DNA from: a virus
Taxonomy: Duplodnaviria > Caudoviricetes
Strand: one strand, 5' to 3'
Length of the DNA stretch: 64,000 nt
Virus record (IMG/VR): IMGVR_UViG_2895548450_000001
Coordinates: 26,778-90,777 of that record
Made by a program: the position numbers and the translations under genes. The notes beneath the pieces were generated by a model, which saw only the letters and a list, made by a program, of their open reading frames with translations, was not told the origin of the DNA and did no database searches. The number at the start of each line of letters is the position of its first letter. Position 1 is the first letter of the stretch. Positions 1 through 10,672 of the stretch are shown piece after piece.

Positions 1-580
1 GGGAGGTAATAGAGTCCTGCACGGCTTTTATATCTATGTTTGAGAGTCGGGACTTTTTAGTGTCGTCTATTTCATTCGACTTTAACGTTTTCAGTCCTAA
101 CGCAGGAAGGTGTCGCACGGCTTCATGTAGCAAAATTAGCTTGTTGACACGAGCATTCGTGTCCTCAAGTAGCTCAAGGCCTATTTCATCTACCAGCTCA
201 TTAAACGAGTAGAGGAAATCAATCTCGGTGTCGGGTAACTCTTCCTCATATAACCCTAGTAGATTTCTAAGATTAGCTGGGGTCGAGGTGATCATAAAGT
301 CATTGTGAACCCGAACGATATCGGTATAGATACGTTGACGGTTCTCACTGGTAAACTTCACGGTTAGCTTAAAAAAGCTCAAGATATCACCGCTGCTGAC
401 ATTCAGGATATCTTGAGGGATGCTATAGTCAGCATCAAAAGGAACATTCATAGAATGCACCTCAACGCCCTCATGGTCCTTGAGGGAGACACTTACGGTC
501 CCAAAGTCCGGCACATAGGTATAATCACCTATATGAAACTCTGTCAGCATTAACATTTCGTTATTTGGGACACTTAACAT
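1..580 (-). CDS. Virion morphogenesis protein (head completion-like), runs off left edge
   Basis: ATG 580 with AGGA RBS; open in the stretches translated; downstream of capsid genes. Confidence 0.6.
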   Translation of the reverse strand, partial: MLSVPNNEMLMLTEFHIGDYTYVPDFGTVSVSLKDHEGVEVHSMNVPFDADYSIPQDILNVSSGDILSFFKLTVKFTSENRQRIYTDIVRVHNDFMITSTPANLRNLLGLYEEELPDTEIDFLYSFNELVDEIGLELLEDTNARVNKLILLHEAVRHLPALGLKTLKSNEIDDTKKSRLSNIDIKAVQDSITS

Positions 581-589
581 TGTTGTTCC

Positions 590-946
590 TTAAGACTTCG
601 CTTTAGTCGTGCGAGTCGTTGTTTTCTTTGGCGCCGGAGCTTCAGACTCGGGTTCCTTCTCTGGGTCCTTCTCACCCTCGCCAGTTTCTTCCACACCCTC
701 AAGGCTTAACTTGAAGTTCTCAAGTGCGGTTTCCCAGTCACCATCGTGTGAATCCAAGAACTTCTTAAACTCTTCATCCGTGGCGTTATCTGGCAAGTCG
801 TTATCCAGCACTTTTACTTGCTGCTGTGAGACGAACTGGTCTACTTCCGTGCAATGGCCAATTACTGAAGGGCGAAACGCTTCAATAGTTCCGAAACGCG
901 TCATTAGCATAAAAGCTTTAGTGGTTTTAGCTAAAATCATTTTCAT
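590..946 (-). CDS. Hypothetical head-module protein
   Basis: 118 aa ORF, GGAG RBS, acidic then basic tail, directly after capsid gene. Confidence 0.7.
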   Translation of the reverse strand: MKMILAKTTKAFMLMTRFGTIEAFRPSVIGHCTEVDQFVSQQQVKVLDNDLPDNATDEEFKKFLDSHDGDWETALENFKLSLEGVEETGEGEKDPEKEPESEAPAPKKTTTRTTKAKS

Positions 947-960
947 TGGTATTCTCCAAC

Positions 961-983
961 TAGCCCCCTTAAAAAGGGGGCTA
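961..983 (-). terminator. Hairpin after major capsid gene
   Basis: TAGCCCCCTT-AAA-AAGGGGGCTA perfect inverted repeat. Confidence 0.55.
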
Positions 984-990
984 TCTTTGG

Positions 991-2193
991 TTAGGCCGCA
1001 GTATCGAAGATTACGCGAGTATCACCGTAAACTAGGCGATAGCCTGAGTTCTCAGTTTTCACATACGTAATTGACTGGTTCTTAATTGCTGTCTCAGACT
1101 CAGACAGTACAGAACCCGCTTCGATAAGTTCTTCCAGCGTGTCAGCCTTCGAATAACAAATCAGCTTACCGGCTGGGGCTGAGCTTGAAATATGGAAGTT
1201 AACACCGCTTAAGAAGTCCATGGCCAGAGCCACACGAGGACCACCGTTCTCCTGAAGAATTTCAGAGGTAGACTTACCGTTAGGCTGAGTTGGTAAGAAC
1301 ATTAGGAACAGTTCTAACCACATATCGTAGTTACCTACGATAGTATCAACCGGTACACCTTTACGCGCACGCTGGGCCAAGAAGTCAGCCAGAGCAACGT
1401 AGTTACCTTTAAGACCTTTAGCCGCATCCCAGTCTTTATAGCTTGAGGCTGCGACCACTTCTGCCGCTTCGTGAACACCATCACCATTGATCAATAGCGA
1501 GGTAGCCATCTTCACTTTGCTGATTTCTTTGTTACGCGCAATACGGGCCGCATATGGCGTAAGAATATCTAGGCTCACACGACGTTCGAATTCGTATGAG
1601 GTACGGATACCAGAACCATGCTTGAAGAACTTAACCGACTTATCAGAGCTTTTGATAGTCTGCATCGGAATGTTGGCAAGTTCCGCGATAGGCGAAGTAT
1701 TTAGCTGGCCTTGGTCGTCAAAAATTGCGGTGGTAATAAGCTCGTTACCAGTGATAGTACGTGTCTGTGCCACCATAGGGGCCGTTGATTCGTACATATC
1801 TTGGCGCGTATTCCACTGAAGCATATCGTCGATAACTTCAGGGAAAAGTGCGCGAGAGCCTGGGCGAGCACTGAAAGTGTCCGCTGCCGCTTGAAGGGTA
1901 ATACCTTGCTCAAACGCGTTTTTGAACGGTAGGTTCAACTCTACGATAGCGGCTTGGTAGCCGGTCATAAAGTTACCGTTTTCCAAACGGAAGTTTTTAC
2001 CCGACTCAGCATCATTTGACGCACGAACGTCAACCGCTAAGTTTAGGTAATCACGAACATTAATACCGTATTGTTTTGCTGCTTGAACCAGCTTTACGCC
2101 AGCGCGAATTGAATCGTCGCTGTGTTCACTATCGATACCCGCTAGAACTACTTTAAGCGGGGCTCGTTTGATCTGACTAAGATTTGTTTGCAT
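991..2193 (-). CDS. Major capsid protein (HK97-fold likely)
   Basis: 400 aa; order portal-protease-decoration-capsid; capsid-like segments (FFKHGSGIRTSYE, LINGDG). Confidence 0.8.
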   Translation of the reverse strand: MQTNLSQIKRAPLKVVLAGIDSEHSDDSIRAGVKLVQAAKQYGINVRDYLNLAVDVRASNDAESGKNFRLENGNFMTGYQAAIVELNLPFKNAFEQGITLQAAADTFSARPGSRALFPEVIDDMLQWNTRQDMYESTAPMVAQTRTITGNELITTAIFDDQGQLNTSPIAELANIPMQTIKSSDKSVKFFKHGSGIRTSYEFERRVSLDILTPYAARIARNKEISKVKMATSLLINGDGVHEAAEVVAASSYKDWDAAKGLKGNYVALADFLAQRARKGVPVDTIVGNYDMWLELFLMFLPTQPNGKSTSEILQENGGPRVALAMDFLSGVNFHISSSAPAGKLICYSKADTLEELIEAGSVLSESETAIKNQSITYVKTENSGYRLVYGDTRVIFDTAA

Positions 2194-2235
2194 CGTCAAT
2201 CTCCAAATTTTTATTTGCGGTGCGAATCTTCCGAA

Positions 2236-2628
2236 TTAACGGAAGATTACAGATACCAAGTTGTTTGTGGTATCAACGGCAGTAACAACCACGTTGCGAC
2301 CTAGGCCAGCTCCGGCAACTTTTACCTTACCATCACCGTTTGATACTACGTGGCCACCCACCGTTGGAGCGGTACCCGCGTATTCAAACTCGGCGCACAT
2401 ATGCCATGAGACCGCGCCCATTTTTACGTTTTCAACTTCGCGGTCTTCGTATGACTCTAGGTAGCCGATGATCTCAGCATCCGCAGAACCAAAACCCACC
2501 TCAAAGTTACCTGTGATACACACAGGTTTACCAACGTCCGCAAAACCCGTGATTGACGCATCTAGATAGAATGATGCTGCCGCGGATTCAGTGCGGATAC
2601 CCTTATGTTGTAAATCGCCAATTTGCAT
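2236..2628 (-). CDS. Head decoration/cement protein
   Basis: 130 aa Gly-rich beta protein between scaffold and capsid genes. Confidence 0.65.
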   Translation of the reverse strand: MQIGDLQHKGIRTESAAASFYLDASITGFADVGKPVCITGNFEVGFGSADAEIIGYLESYEDREVENVKMGAVSWHMCAEFEYAGTAPTVGGHVVSNGDGKVKVAGAGLGRNVVVTAVDTTNNLVSVIFR

Positions 2629-2639
2629 GACTCTTCCCC

Positions 2640-3806
2640 TTATCGATTAGAAACAAACGCACTGTTATGCGCGGCAGAAAGCACCAGAACGTCGTCAGCT
2701 TCTGGTGCGTCCGCACCTTTACCAACACCACCTCTTGGGATTGCTGCCAGTTTAATTTGAGCCTGTTTTAGAAGCTCAATTTTATCGTCCGCGCTGGCGT
2801 CGTCTGCCAACGTCAAACCCGCTGCAACGACAGCTAGTTTTAGTTGCTCATCGAACACGCCGACAATTTTGTTCGCCGTTGCAAGTTTCGCTTCAGCGGC
2901 TGAAAGATCAGATTGAAGTTTGGTATCTGAACCATTCTCAATCTTCGTATTTAGTTCTTCTACTTGTCCTTTCAGCGCGGCTACTTCCGACTGAGACGCG
3001 GTAAGCGCGGCCTCTGCCGTTTCGAGTTTAACTTCTAGCTTGCCGTTAGCTGCGGACAACGTAGAAACTTGGTTTGTTAAAGCTGATAAATCCATAGTTT
3101 CACCTGTTGTTTCACTTTGAGTGGGGGAGCAAGTCATATACCCATACTGTACGGCTTCATGCGAACTCGAAGCGGCAAGCTGGTTATATGCGTCTTTGCC
3201 CAGACGTTGCTTGGCAGAGCCAAGTATCTTCGGTTTATTACTCGCGCCTTTGTTCACGAGTGATAATTCTTTCCAAGCACGGAGGTCGGTTAAGCGAAGG
3301 TGGGTACCATCTACCCCTATTTGGTGACCGTTATCACACTCACGGAACCAAAAACTCATTTCGTTACCTTCGGCCATATAGTCAAAACCACATTCAGAAC
3401 AAAAAGCGTGGTTGGGCGCGGCACCGACAGAAACTTCATCAAGAATAGAAAGGTCAATATCTCGGGCGTAAGGGCCTTCAGCATCAACGTAGAAAAGTAC
3501 ATTCAGGTCGGTATGGCCTTCGTCCGCGGCATACGTCTCCGCCGCAAAGACTTTACCAACAGGCAACATTTGGCCGTTGTGCATAACCTGAATAGGCACA
3601 CTTTCATCTTTGTAGTATCCGGCCATCTGGTTAAGAAAGCCTTCCGTCATTTGAGCGCCGTGATAGGCTGTGCTTGGTTGGTTGATTGGACGAGTAGATG
3701 CCGCAACGCTTTCATACGCTGCTATCTGCGAAAAGTCTATTTCATCACCCGCGGCTGCGGTGATAAGCGATTTAATACGCTCAGTGAGGGTTAGCCGTTT
3801 AGCCAT
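2640..3806 (-). CDS. Prohead protease/scaffold fusion
   Basis: HK97-type protease-like N-half (QVMH, EVSVG, ELSLV, CxxC insert), coiled-coil C-half. Confidence 0.75.
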   Translation of the reverse strand: MAKRLTLTERIKSLITAAAGDEIDFSQIAAYESVAASTRPINQPSTAYHGAQMTEGFLNQMAGYYKDESVPIQVMHNGQMLPVGKVFAAETYAADEGHTDLNVLFYVDAEGPYARDIDLSILDEVSVGAAPNHAFCSECGFDYMAEGNEMSFWFRECDNGHQIGVDGTHLRLTDLRAWKELSLVNKGASNKPKILGSAKQRLGKDAYNQLAASSSHEAVQYGYMTCSPTQSETTGETMDLSALTNQVSTLSAANGKLEVKLETAEAALTASQSEVAALKGQVEELNTKIENGSDTKLQSDLSAAEAKLATANKIVGVFDEQLKLAVVAAGLTLADDASADDKIELLKQAQIKLAAIPRGGVGKGADAPEADDVLVLSAAHNSAFVSNR

Positions 3807-3833
3807 CGTCAATTTCCATCCAAATTTTCGATT

Positions 3834-3862
3834 ATCTTAGGGCTTTTCAATCGTGTTGCCAA
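3834..3862 (-). promoter_or_regulatory. Candidate sigma70 promoter for protease/capsid genes
   Basis: Minus-strand TTGGCA-17bp-TAAGAT. Confidence 0.4.
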
Positions 3863-3881
3863 GCCCGTTTAAAAATTAACC

Positions 3882-5342
3882 TTAAGACTGGTTAGCCTTA
3901 GACTTCGCGCTTTTGTCTGAAGCTCGACTAACCGAACGTCCTTGAGGGTCCGAATTAGGGCTAACTTTCTCAGCGTCTACTTCCATTGCGCCACCCACAA
4001 AACCGGTGCCGCTTAACTCAGGAACCGCGTCAGGGCGAATACGTCTGTACATTGCAATATGGTAATCGTCGTCTGTAATCAGACCATCACTTAAATCGGT
4101 GCGTAAACGATTAGACTTAAGGTTTAATTGTGCTTCTAATTCTAGCTCAGAACGTAAATCAATATTGGGGAATCTCACAATTACTCGACTTTCTGAACCT
4201 TGAAGTCGTAAGGCCATCGTCAACATACTGCCTAGAATTTCCCCAATAGGCTCGTTCAAGCTGTCCGCGTTTTTGGCAAAGAGGTTGGCTTCCACCGTCG
4301 CGGTATTAACGCCGGATTCCCCGCGCCCTAGAACGGTAGCCATCGTCTTAAGACCGGCTTGGTTCTGTGCGTTGAGGGTATCGATTACTTCTTGAATCTT
4401 TATCCCCGTCGCAGGGTTCTTTTCATTGAGCATTGACACTTCAGCGCTATCCGTGTGGACCATTGCTTGGTCTGGGCGGAGTGTAGCAAAAGCACTGCCG
4501 ATATCTTGTCTACGCTGAGAAATATACGTCCTCATCTTTTGAGGGTCAGCTTTAACGTCTGCAGGGGCATTTTTGACTAACACTTCCTCAAGAACCTTAA
4601 TAGCGATTCTCGGGAAACCCGTAACTTGCATGATTCGGTACAGGTCGTTAATTACCTGTTGTCGCGCTGCCATGGTATTTATCGCACTGATAAACGGACT
4701 ATGGCCATAAGCCTCAACAGGAGGTTTTCTATACCATGCAACGAAGAAAGACGGGATATCCATTTTAATAGGGTCCCCGCCCCCTTGGTCTTGCCACGGT
4801 ACCATTTTCCCAGGCTCTTTTTCTTGCCAGCGAATACTTGCCATATCGATATTGCGAAGTTCCGTTAATTCAAGCTGGTCCCCAAATACGGTTTCACACC
4901 CAATACCCCCACGGGCCAATAGCATGTAACGAAACTCTTCAGAAAGCTCTCTTAAGGTTTTACGCCTCAGGTAACCCTTGGAATAATCTCGACGGGTCTC
5001 GAGCGCTTCAATAAGTTCATTAACAATCTTCGCTCCGTCGCGGTCTATCGCCCCGTCAGGGTCTTTTACGACAATATAGGGGACAGAGCTACCCGCTGTC
5101 GTTAAGTACGCCCCTAATGCCGCTGACGCGTCAGGATCGGACTTAACCAATTTGAGAATTATTTCTTGGGAGGTATCCGACGTTCTTGTCGAATAGATAT
5201 CTTCAAGGTGTTCCCGATAGTCTGGGAGAGAGAGGACTTCGGTGTTATTTTCTGCGTTATAGGTCGCAGTTTGTGTACTCCCCTTCGGCTTAAACCGATT
5301 AGGCACAATTACCTTAAGTTTGCTGAGTATCGTTCCGGCCAT
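3882..5342 (-). CDS. Portal protein
   Basis: 486 aa between terminase and protease; YGHSPF portal-like segment. Confidence 0.75.
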   Translation of the reverse strand: MAGTILSKLKVIVPNRFKPKGSTQTATYNAENNTEVLSLPDYREHLEDIYSTRTSDTSQEIILKLVKSDPDASAALGAYLTTAGSSVPYIVVKDPDGAIDRDGAKIVNELIEALETRRDYSKGYLRRKTLRELSEEFRYMLLARGGIGCETVFGDQLELTELRNIDMASIRWQEKEPGKMVPWQDQGGGDPIKMDIPSFFVAWYRKPPVEAYGHSPFISAINTMAARQQVINDLYRIMQVTGFPRIAIKVLEEVLVKNAPADVKADPQKMRTYISQRRQDIGSAFATLRPDQAMVHTDSAEVSMLNEKNPATGIKIQEVIDTLNAQNQAGLKTMATVLGRGESGVNTATVEANLFAKNADSLNEPIGEILGSMLTMALRLQGSESRVIVRFPNIDLRSELELEAQLNLKSNRLRTDLSDGLITDDDYHIAMYRRIRPDAVPELSGTGFVGGAMEVDAEKVSPNSDPQGRSVSRASDKSAKSKANQS

Positions 5343-5361
5343 CGTCAATTTCCCAAATTAT

Positions 5362-7143
5362 CTAGTACCGACGAATTATTTTCGTCGGGTTATTGCTGGA
5401 AGAATAACCGATTAAATCGCTCGTGCCAAAGATATCGTTGTCTTGCTGGCCTAAGATTATTCCCCCTCCGTGTCCGGCATTTGAAAAGTCCGTGTTCACG
5501 TTGACCCAACCCTCAAGACCGTCTTTCACGATTTTGTACGATACCGCTGAAGCGAGATAGGCCATGGCGTGGAAAAAGTGGTCCTTGCCCGAGAGCTTGA
5601 CCCACACGGCTTGTTCCTCATCAACTTCCTCTCGGATCATATCTTGAAGGTGAGACTCGATTTTATCTTGGTTGCTGGTGTAACCCTCGATAGACCATGT
5701 TAGGTTTCTTACCCCCGTAGCAACATGGTCTAGCATATCAGTACGGTTTACCTTGATATAATCAACCTCACCTAACGCGTTCTTTTCCTCGGCCACTTCC
5801 TTGCTCTTGGTGTAATGCACCGGCATTATTCGGCCTAAACTCCCATTACGTATATCGTTACTGGTTGGCGTGTAAGGGTACCTATCTAAGCCCCCACCAA
5901 CAAAGTGATATTGCTCATCTAGCTTATTAACCAGCCCTCGTAATTGGTCTATATGACAGAATGTTGCCAAAATAATACGCATCTTTCTCGGGTCGGTCCC
6001 ACAGCCCACAACGATATAACAGGTTACGCCCATATCAATACCGATAAAGTGGGGTTCGCCTTGCCTTGGTTCTGGTATGGCTGGACTCCCCATGGCGAGT
6101 TTTATCTGGCTCAAAGATAGCTTTTGGTCTTCGTTGTTGTAGGGCTCACCCTTAACCGTATTGTAAAAGCCCTTAAGATTGTCGTTAGCTTTGTAGTCGA
6201 AAAGCTGGGCAAAACAATACTGGGGATCAAGTCTGTGGGTTGAGAACGTGCGGATTCGATAACCTCTATTCAGAACGCGGCTTGGATATTTGGCCACCCA
6301 TTCTCGGTTTTCATAATCCGAAAGGTCTAATGGCTTACGACACTTCTCACATACCACGCGTGCCGACTGAATATCTATCTGGCCCGAGTCAATCAAGTTA
6401 TCCGAGATATCTTCGAATTTCTCTAAATCGTCGGGTAGGCCATCAACCTCAACAAACGTTCGACTGAAAACCGGTATCTGGTAATGATTGCAGCAACGGC
6501 ACTTAATAACATACTCATGCTGGTCGCTACGCCGATAACCCCTATCCACCCCAACACCTTCGTAGGTGGGCGTGCTAAAGCGCTGGTTTACACGATGGTC
6601 CGAGCCCTGAAGACGCGAGTTAAAAAGCGATAGCATCGAAGGGTCCGTCAAGTCTATCTCATCGTTAAATACAAAGTCCGCGTTGATACTGGTGGCATCG
6701 GCTTCTGCAGAACCGGTTACGTAAAGGAAGCTGGTACCAATTCGCATAAGGTCCATAGACTGTTTAGTCTTGTCCCCGTTGTCTTGACGAAAGGCTTTAT
6801 CGAAGTTGATTAACGGCTGGATACGCGCTTTTGAAATACGCTTAAACATTCGCTCGTTAGGCATGGTGTATATCAACGAAGTGTTTGGGGTTCGGCTAAG
6901 TATAGCCAGCGCTTTACGTATCTGTATTTCGGTAAGACCAACCTGTGACGGTTTAATACAGTCCAGACTCGGGTGCATATCATCTGCGATTTGCTTCTGA
7001 AAAGGGTAACGCTCAAAACTGAAGGGACGCTTATTCAAAGAGGTGTTCACGCACATCCAGTCCCCATGCGTCATATCTTTTGAATCTTTGTTGTACCTAC
7101 CTTCAGCGGTTGAATACAAATCCATTAGGAACTGGTTGGCCAC
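5362..7143 (-). CDS. Terminase large subunit (lambda GpA-like)
   Basis: KPSQVGLTE Walker A-like, FNDEID Walker B, STPT, CxxC motifs, GIDMG nuclease, DHFFHA; likely GTG start 7143. Confidence 0.88.
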   Translation of the reverse strand: MANQFLMDLYSTAEGRYNKDSKDMTHGDWMCVNTSLNKRPFSFERYPFQKQIADDMHPSLDCIKPSQVGLTEIQIRKALAILSRTPNTSLIYTMPNERMFKRISKARIQPLINFDKAFRQDNGDKTKQSMDLMRIGTSFLYVTGSAEADATSINADFVFNDEIDLTDPSMLSLFNSRLQGSDHRVNQRFSTPTYEGVGVDRGYRRSDQHEYVIKCRCCNHYQIPVFSRTFVEVDGLPDDLEKFEDISDNLIDSGQIDIQSARVVCEKCRKPLDLSDYENREWVAKYPSRVLNRGYRIRTFSTHRLDPQYCFAQLFDYKANDNLKGFYNTVKGEPYNNEDQKLSLSQIKLAMGSPAIPEPRQGEPHFIGIDMGVTCYIVVGCGTDPRKMRIILATFCHIDQLRGLVNKLDEQYHFVGGGLDRYPYTPTSNDIRNGSLGRIMPVHYTKSKEVAEEKNALGEVDYIKVNRTDMLDHVATGVRNLTWSIEGYTSNQDKIESHLQDMIREEVDEEQAVWVKLSGKDHFFHAMAYLASAVSYKIVKDGLEGWVNVNTDFSNAGHGGGIILGQQDNDIFGTSDLIGYSSSNNPTKIIRRY

Positions 7144-7256
7144 GCTACCTCTTTTATCGTCAATTAGTCTAATTTTGGGGTAGATTACGCCGCACTGTGT
7201 ATACAAGCAATCTTTCGGTATGATATTTAACCTATTACAACTTGGAATTGACGATT

Positions 7257-7739
7257 ATGAGCGAACGATACTACCCAGAGCTGACCCCTGCCCTTTTCAC
7301 AACTCTTAACACATGGAAAAAACTAGTCCAAGACGACCCTACGTACTTAGACGATGAGAGTTGCCCCTACGAGCAAAATGAGATTGAACTACTTCATTTC
7401 ATGTTTGCTACTCCCGACGCTGGTACACAGATTGCACCAACAAACTATGAAGACCCTGATGAAATTCCTGATTTTGAGAAAGAGGCCTTACGCCTTTATC
7501 GCGATATGAAGGATTTTAAAAGTAAGCTTAGCACTTCAGACACGAGCGAAATGGCCAGTACCTTTAGAACCATGGTTTCACTTATGGAAAAGATACTCGA
7601 CGTTCAGGAAAGAGCTTCAGGGATAAAGCAGTTTGGCGGGTTCAAAACATTCATCCTCGATAGCATGGAACGCTATTTATCGCCGCAGCAAAAATCTGAG
7701 TTTATTGAAGAAATGAAACTTATCCTGAATCGGGAGTAA
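7257..7739 (+). CDS. Hypothetical protein, possible terminase small subunit
   Basis: 160 aa helical protein divergent from terL; assignment positional only. Confidence 0.5.
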   Translation: MSERYYPELTPALFTTLNTWKKLVQDDPTYLDDESCPYEQNEIELLHFMFATPDAGTQIAPTNYEDPDEIPDFEKEALRLYRDMKDFKSKLSTSDTSEMASTFRTMVSLMEKILDVQERASGIKQFGGFKTFILDSMERYLSPQQKSEFIEEMKLILNRE

Positions 7740-7742
7740 CCT

Positions 7743-10241
7743 ATGTATAGCTTGTTATCTAAATCACTTTTTGCTGTTGGGATACCAACCATCCCGTTAT
7801 TCAAAACCTCTAAGCTTCCGGCTATCCCGAAGGATAAGATACAGCACGCGGCTCAAGAGCTACATCAAAAGAACTGGCAAGTCGCTCATGCGGATAAACT
7901 GTGTGGTATCGCACTGGGCCAAGCGCTGATAAACGAAGCGGAGTCGTGCTTAGTGGCGTTAAAACTTGATCACAAGCAAGCTGATTTGAAGCTGGCCCTC
8001 TCCCAAAAACTTCCCTCTAACCTTTGGGTCGTTTCGGAAGGGAACAATCATTACTTAATATTTAAAGCACCGGCCCCATCACCCTGCAGCGAATCGCTAA
8101 AGTCATTTACCCTTTTCGCTTCAGGGGAAGAGTCCGCGCTTTTATCATTCCTTTGCGAAGATACGTTTGTTGTACTGAGTTCTCCAACCCAAACACCAAC
8201 TGAAGAGGTAATTCAAAATCTGCCGGTGTTCGAACCGCATCACATCATGGACCTCGTTCAGGAGATAAAGCCAGAATCCGAGCTACAGAAAGAAGCCTAC
8301 AGCGCCGAAACTAAGACAAAATTACACACCTTAGGACAATTAGACGTAATTATACGTTCTTATCTGGCGCATTTTTGCTACGATTTTTTGCTAAATTGTG
8401 ACAAAAACACCTCGATTCTTCCGGTTTTGCAGGAAATTGAAGCGCTTTATGACAGTTTTTCGGCCAATTTTGTCAATATAACGCCAAATCATCAAAAAGA
8501 GGCCTATTTTCAAGGTTTCTACTCCCTCATTCACCAAGTCCGTATGTACTACAACCTTCGCCTCCCACCTAACTGGGACGACCATATTGGGGCTAAATTA
8601 AGGGACCGGTACCAAATACCGTTCACTTCAAAGGACACCCAGTATACTTATGAGCGTCTTCAACAGTTCGTTTTTGAAAAAATGTCCGAGGCCATCGGCA
8701 ATGAAACCCAAATGTTGGAAGCTTGCCAGTCGGCCATGGAAGAAATTGCACGTTCGTTCACGGTAACGAAACTCGAGGTCGACCAACTTAAACGATATAT
8801 CTCGCGTCAGTCCGGCATGAAGCTAAACATGACCAAAATGGATAGCCAGATAACGAACCTTCGCAAACAAGCTAAAGGTGTCTTGGATTTACCTTCGATA
8901 GTCTCGGTAGTTATTCAATTCTTAAGCGCTCAAACCGAACACCGCTTTGATTCAAGTATCGACCCAAATCGACTGTTCCGCTGGATGGGTACCCATTGGG
9001 AGCCGGTTGAGGACCATGAGATAAGCAACATCATAAACACGTACTTCCCGTCTAATTTCACGGACAAGGGTACGCGTAACGTCAAAGCAATACTGACAGC
9101 TATCAAAAATAAATTGTCGCTGCCACTAAGACGCGTAAGCGCTACGGGCGTGAACTTCAATAACGGCTTTGTAAACCCGCATCTTCAATTACTACCCCAT
9201 GACCCAGATATGGGGTTGACCTATACGCTGCCGTTTACGTTTAAGCCCGAGCAGATATTCCCGCCAGAGAAATTAGAAAACTTCCTGTCGGAGATTTGGG
9301 AAAACGAGCCCGATAACATCCTCGCTTTGCAAGAGGCTATGGCGGCAACGTTCTTCAACACCGGCACACTTTTCCAACGGGCCATACTGCTTCACGGCGC
9401 ATCAAAGTCGGGAAAAAGCCAGGTGCTAAATATTATCCGCGGACTAATCCCCCCTCAAAAGCGCGTGTCTTTGGCGCCGAACAAATGGGGTGATAACGAC
9501 GCACTGGCCGCACTTTCAAACAAGCTGCTTAACCTGTGTGGCGAACTGTCAGAGAACGAGCACATTAACAGCCAGCGCTTCAAGGATATCGTTGATGGGA
9601 ATGAAGTCACACTTAAGCGAAACATAAACCAGCATAACACCCTGCAGCCCATGGCCACCCATTGGTTCGCATCAAACCATCTTCCTAAAACGAAAGACTT
9701 CACCGAAGGCTTTACTCGACGTTGGTTAATACTGGGACTGGAAAAACCTATTCCGCCCGAGAAAAGAGAGTTGGACCTTGGCAACAAAATTGTCGCGGAA
9801 GAGAAAGATAAAATTATCTCTTGGGCCATCCAAGCGTACCCAAGACTGGTTAATAATCGAGACTATACCCTCTCGAACTCACATCACGAGTTGGTAAGTC
9901 AGCTTGGCCAGATGAACAATAACGTTCGTCACTTCTTTGAGGCCTCGGGCTACATTGAGCTATCAGACGATTCAATGATAGCGGTATTGAAGTCATTACC
10001 CAAAGAAGAGTTGATTGAAGAGCTTAAGCAGCTCCCTTCAATCTCAGGCAGGGACCTTTACACGCTCTACGCCACCGCAGTAAAGGAATTCAAAAACGGG
10101 GCTGTTGTGGATGAAGGTGAGTTCTATCGAAGAACGAAAGAACTCAGTGGGATATACCAATTCCTTCAAGTCGTGGGTCGTGATTCAAAAAATAGATTAG
10201 TTATTCAGTATTACGGACTAGATATTCTCTTAAACGGTTAA
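7743..10241 (+). CDS. P4/D5-family primase-helicase-like protein (SF3 helicase)
   Basis: NFNNG (D5_N-like), Walker A GASKSGKS, ASNHLP, FTRRW. Confidence 0.8.
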   Translation: MYSLLSKSLFAVGIPTIPLFKTSKLPAIPKDKIQHAAQELHQKNWQVAHADKLCGIALGQALINEAESCLVALKLDHKQADLKLALSQKLPSNLWVVSEGNNHYLIFKAPAPSPCSESLKSFTLFASGEESALLSFLCEDTFVVLSSPTQTPTEEVIQNLPVFEPHHIMDLVQEIKPESELQKEAYSAETKTKLHTLGQLDVIIRSYLAHFCYDFLLNCDKNTSILPVLQEIEALYDSFSANFVNITPNHQKEAYFQGFYSLIHQVRMYYNLRLPPNWDDHIGAKLRDRYQIPFTSKDTQYTYERLQQFVFEKMSEAIGNETQMLEACQSAMEEIARSFTVTKLEVDQLKRYISRQSGMKLNMTKMDSQITNLRKQAKGVLDLPSIVSVVIQFLSAQTEHRFDSSIDPNRLFRWMGTHWEPVEDHEISNIINTYFPSNFTDKGTRNVKAILTAIKNKLSLPLRRVSATGVNFNNGFVNPHLQLLPHDPDMGLTYTLPFTFKPEQIFPPEKLENFLSEIWENEPDNILALQEAMAATFFNTGTLFQRAILLHGASKSGKSQVLNIIRGLIPPQKRVSLAPNKWGDNDALAALSNKLLNLCGELSENEHINSQRFKDIVDGNEVTLKRNINQHNTLQPMATHWFASNHLPKTKDFTEGFTRRWLILGLEKPIPPEKRELDLGNKIVAEEKDKIISWAIQAYPRLVNNRDYTLSNSHHELVSQLGQMNNNVRHFFEASGYIELSDDSMIAVLKSLPKEELIEELKQLPSISGRDLYTLYATAVKEFKNGAVVDEGEFYRRTKELSGIYQFLQVVGRDSKNRLVIQYYGLDILLNG

Positions 10242-10262
10242 TAATCAACCATTAGTCCCTCT

Positions 10263-10297
10263 AGGCGAAAAAACTTTAAACTTTTTTCGCCTTTTTT
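10263..10297 (+). terminator. Rho-independent terminator
   Basis: AGGCGAAAAAA/TTTTTTCGCCT stem plus T run. Confidence 0.7.
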
Positions 10298-10310
10298 ATT
10301 CCCCCTGTAT

Positions 10311-10386
10311 CACACTTAAAATGTGTTCAAAAAACTTTCCGATTCACTTTTACCCGTATACAAAAACACACTTTTATTGTGTTTTT
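10311..10386. promoter_or_regulatory. Two CACA-N7-TGTG palindromic operator-like sites
   Basis: 10311-10325 and AAAAACACA-N7-TGTGTTTTT 10362-10386; same motif at 13593 and 28781. Confidence 0.6.
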
Positions 10387-10672
10387 TATACGTATGAAAA
10401 CGCTTACCTAAACGCTCCTAATTCATTGTCTTGTTTAATTTACACCCTTGACCGACCACTAAATATTTTATACTTTAGTCGACGTTGACAGCGAACAACG
10501 TCTTGTATATGCATAGACACCTTGCCGCTTATCAACCGAGTGGAGGCTCGACACTATCCACTCCTACAATTTGGAAATTGACGATAAAGCCTGTTCTAAT
10601 TTTAATGCTCGTCCGCATACCTAGTTTCAAGCTTATCTAACGACAACGACCTCTGATTACGTTGAACGTCTC

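Noticed and set aside
609-9829. Antisense ORFs over head and primase genes (609, 1487, 3300, 5166, 9455 etc.)
   Set aside because: Shadow frames of well-supported genes, without RBS or motifs
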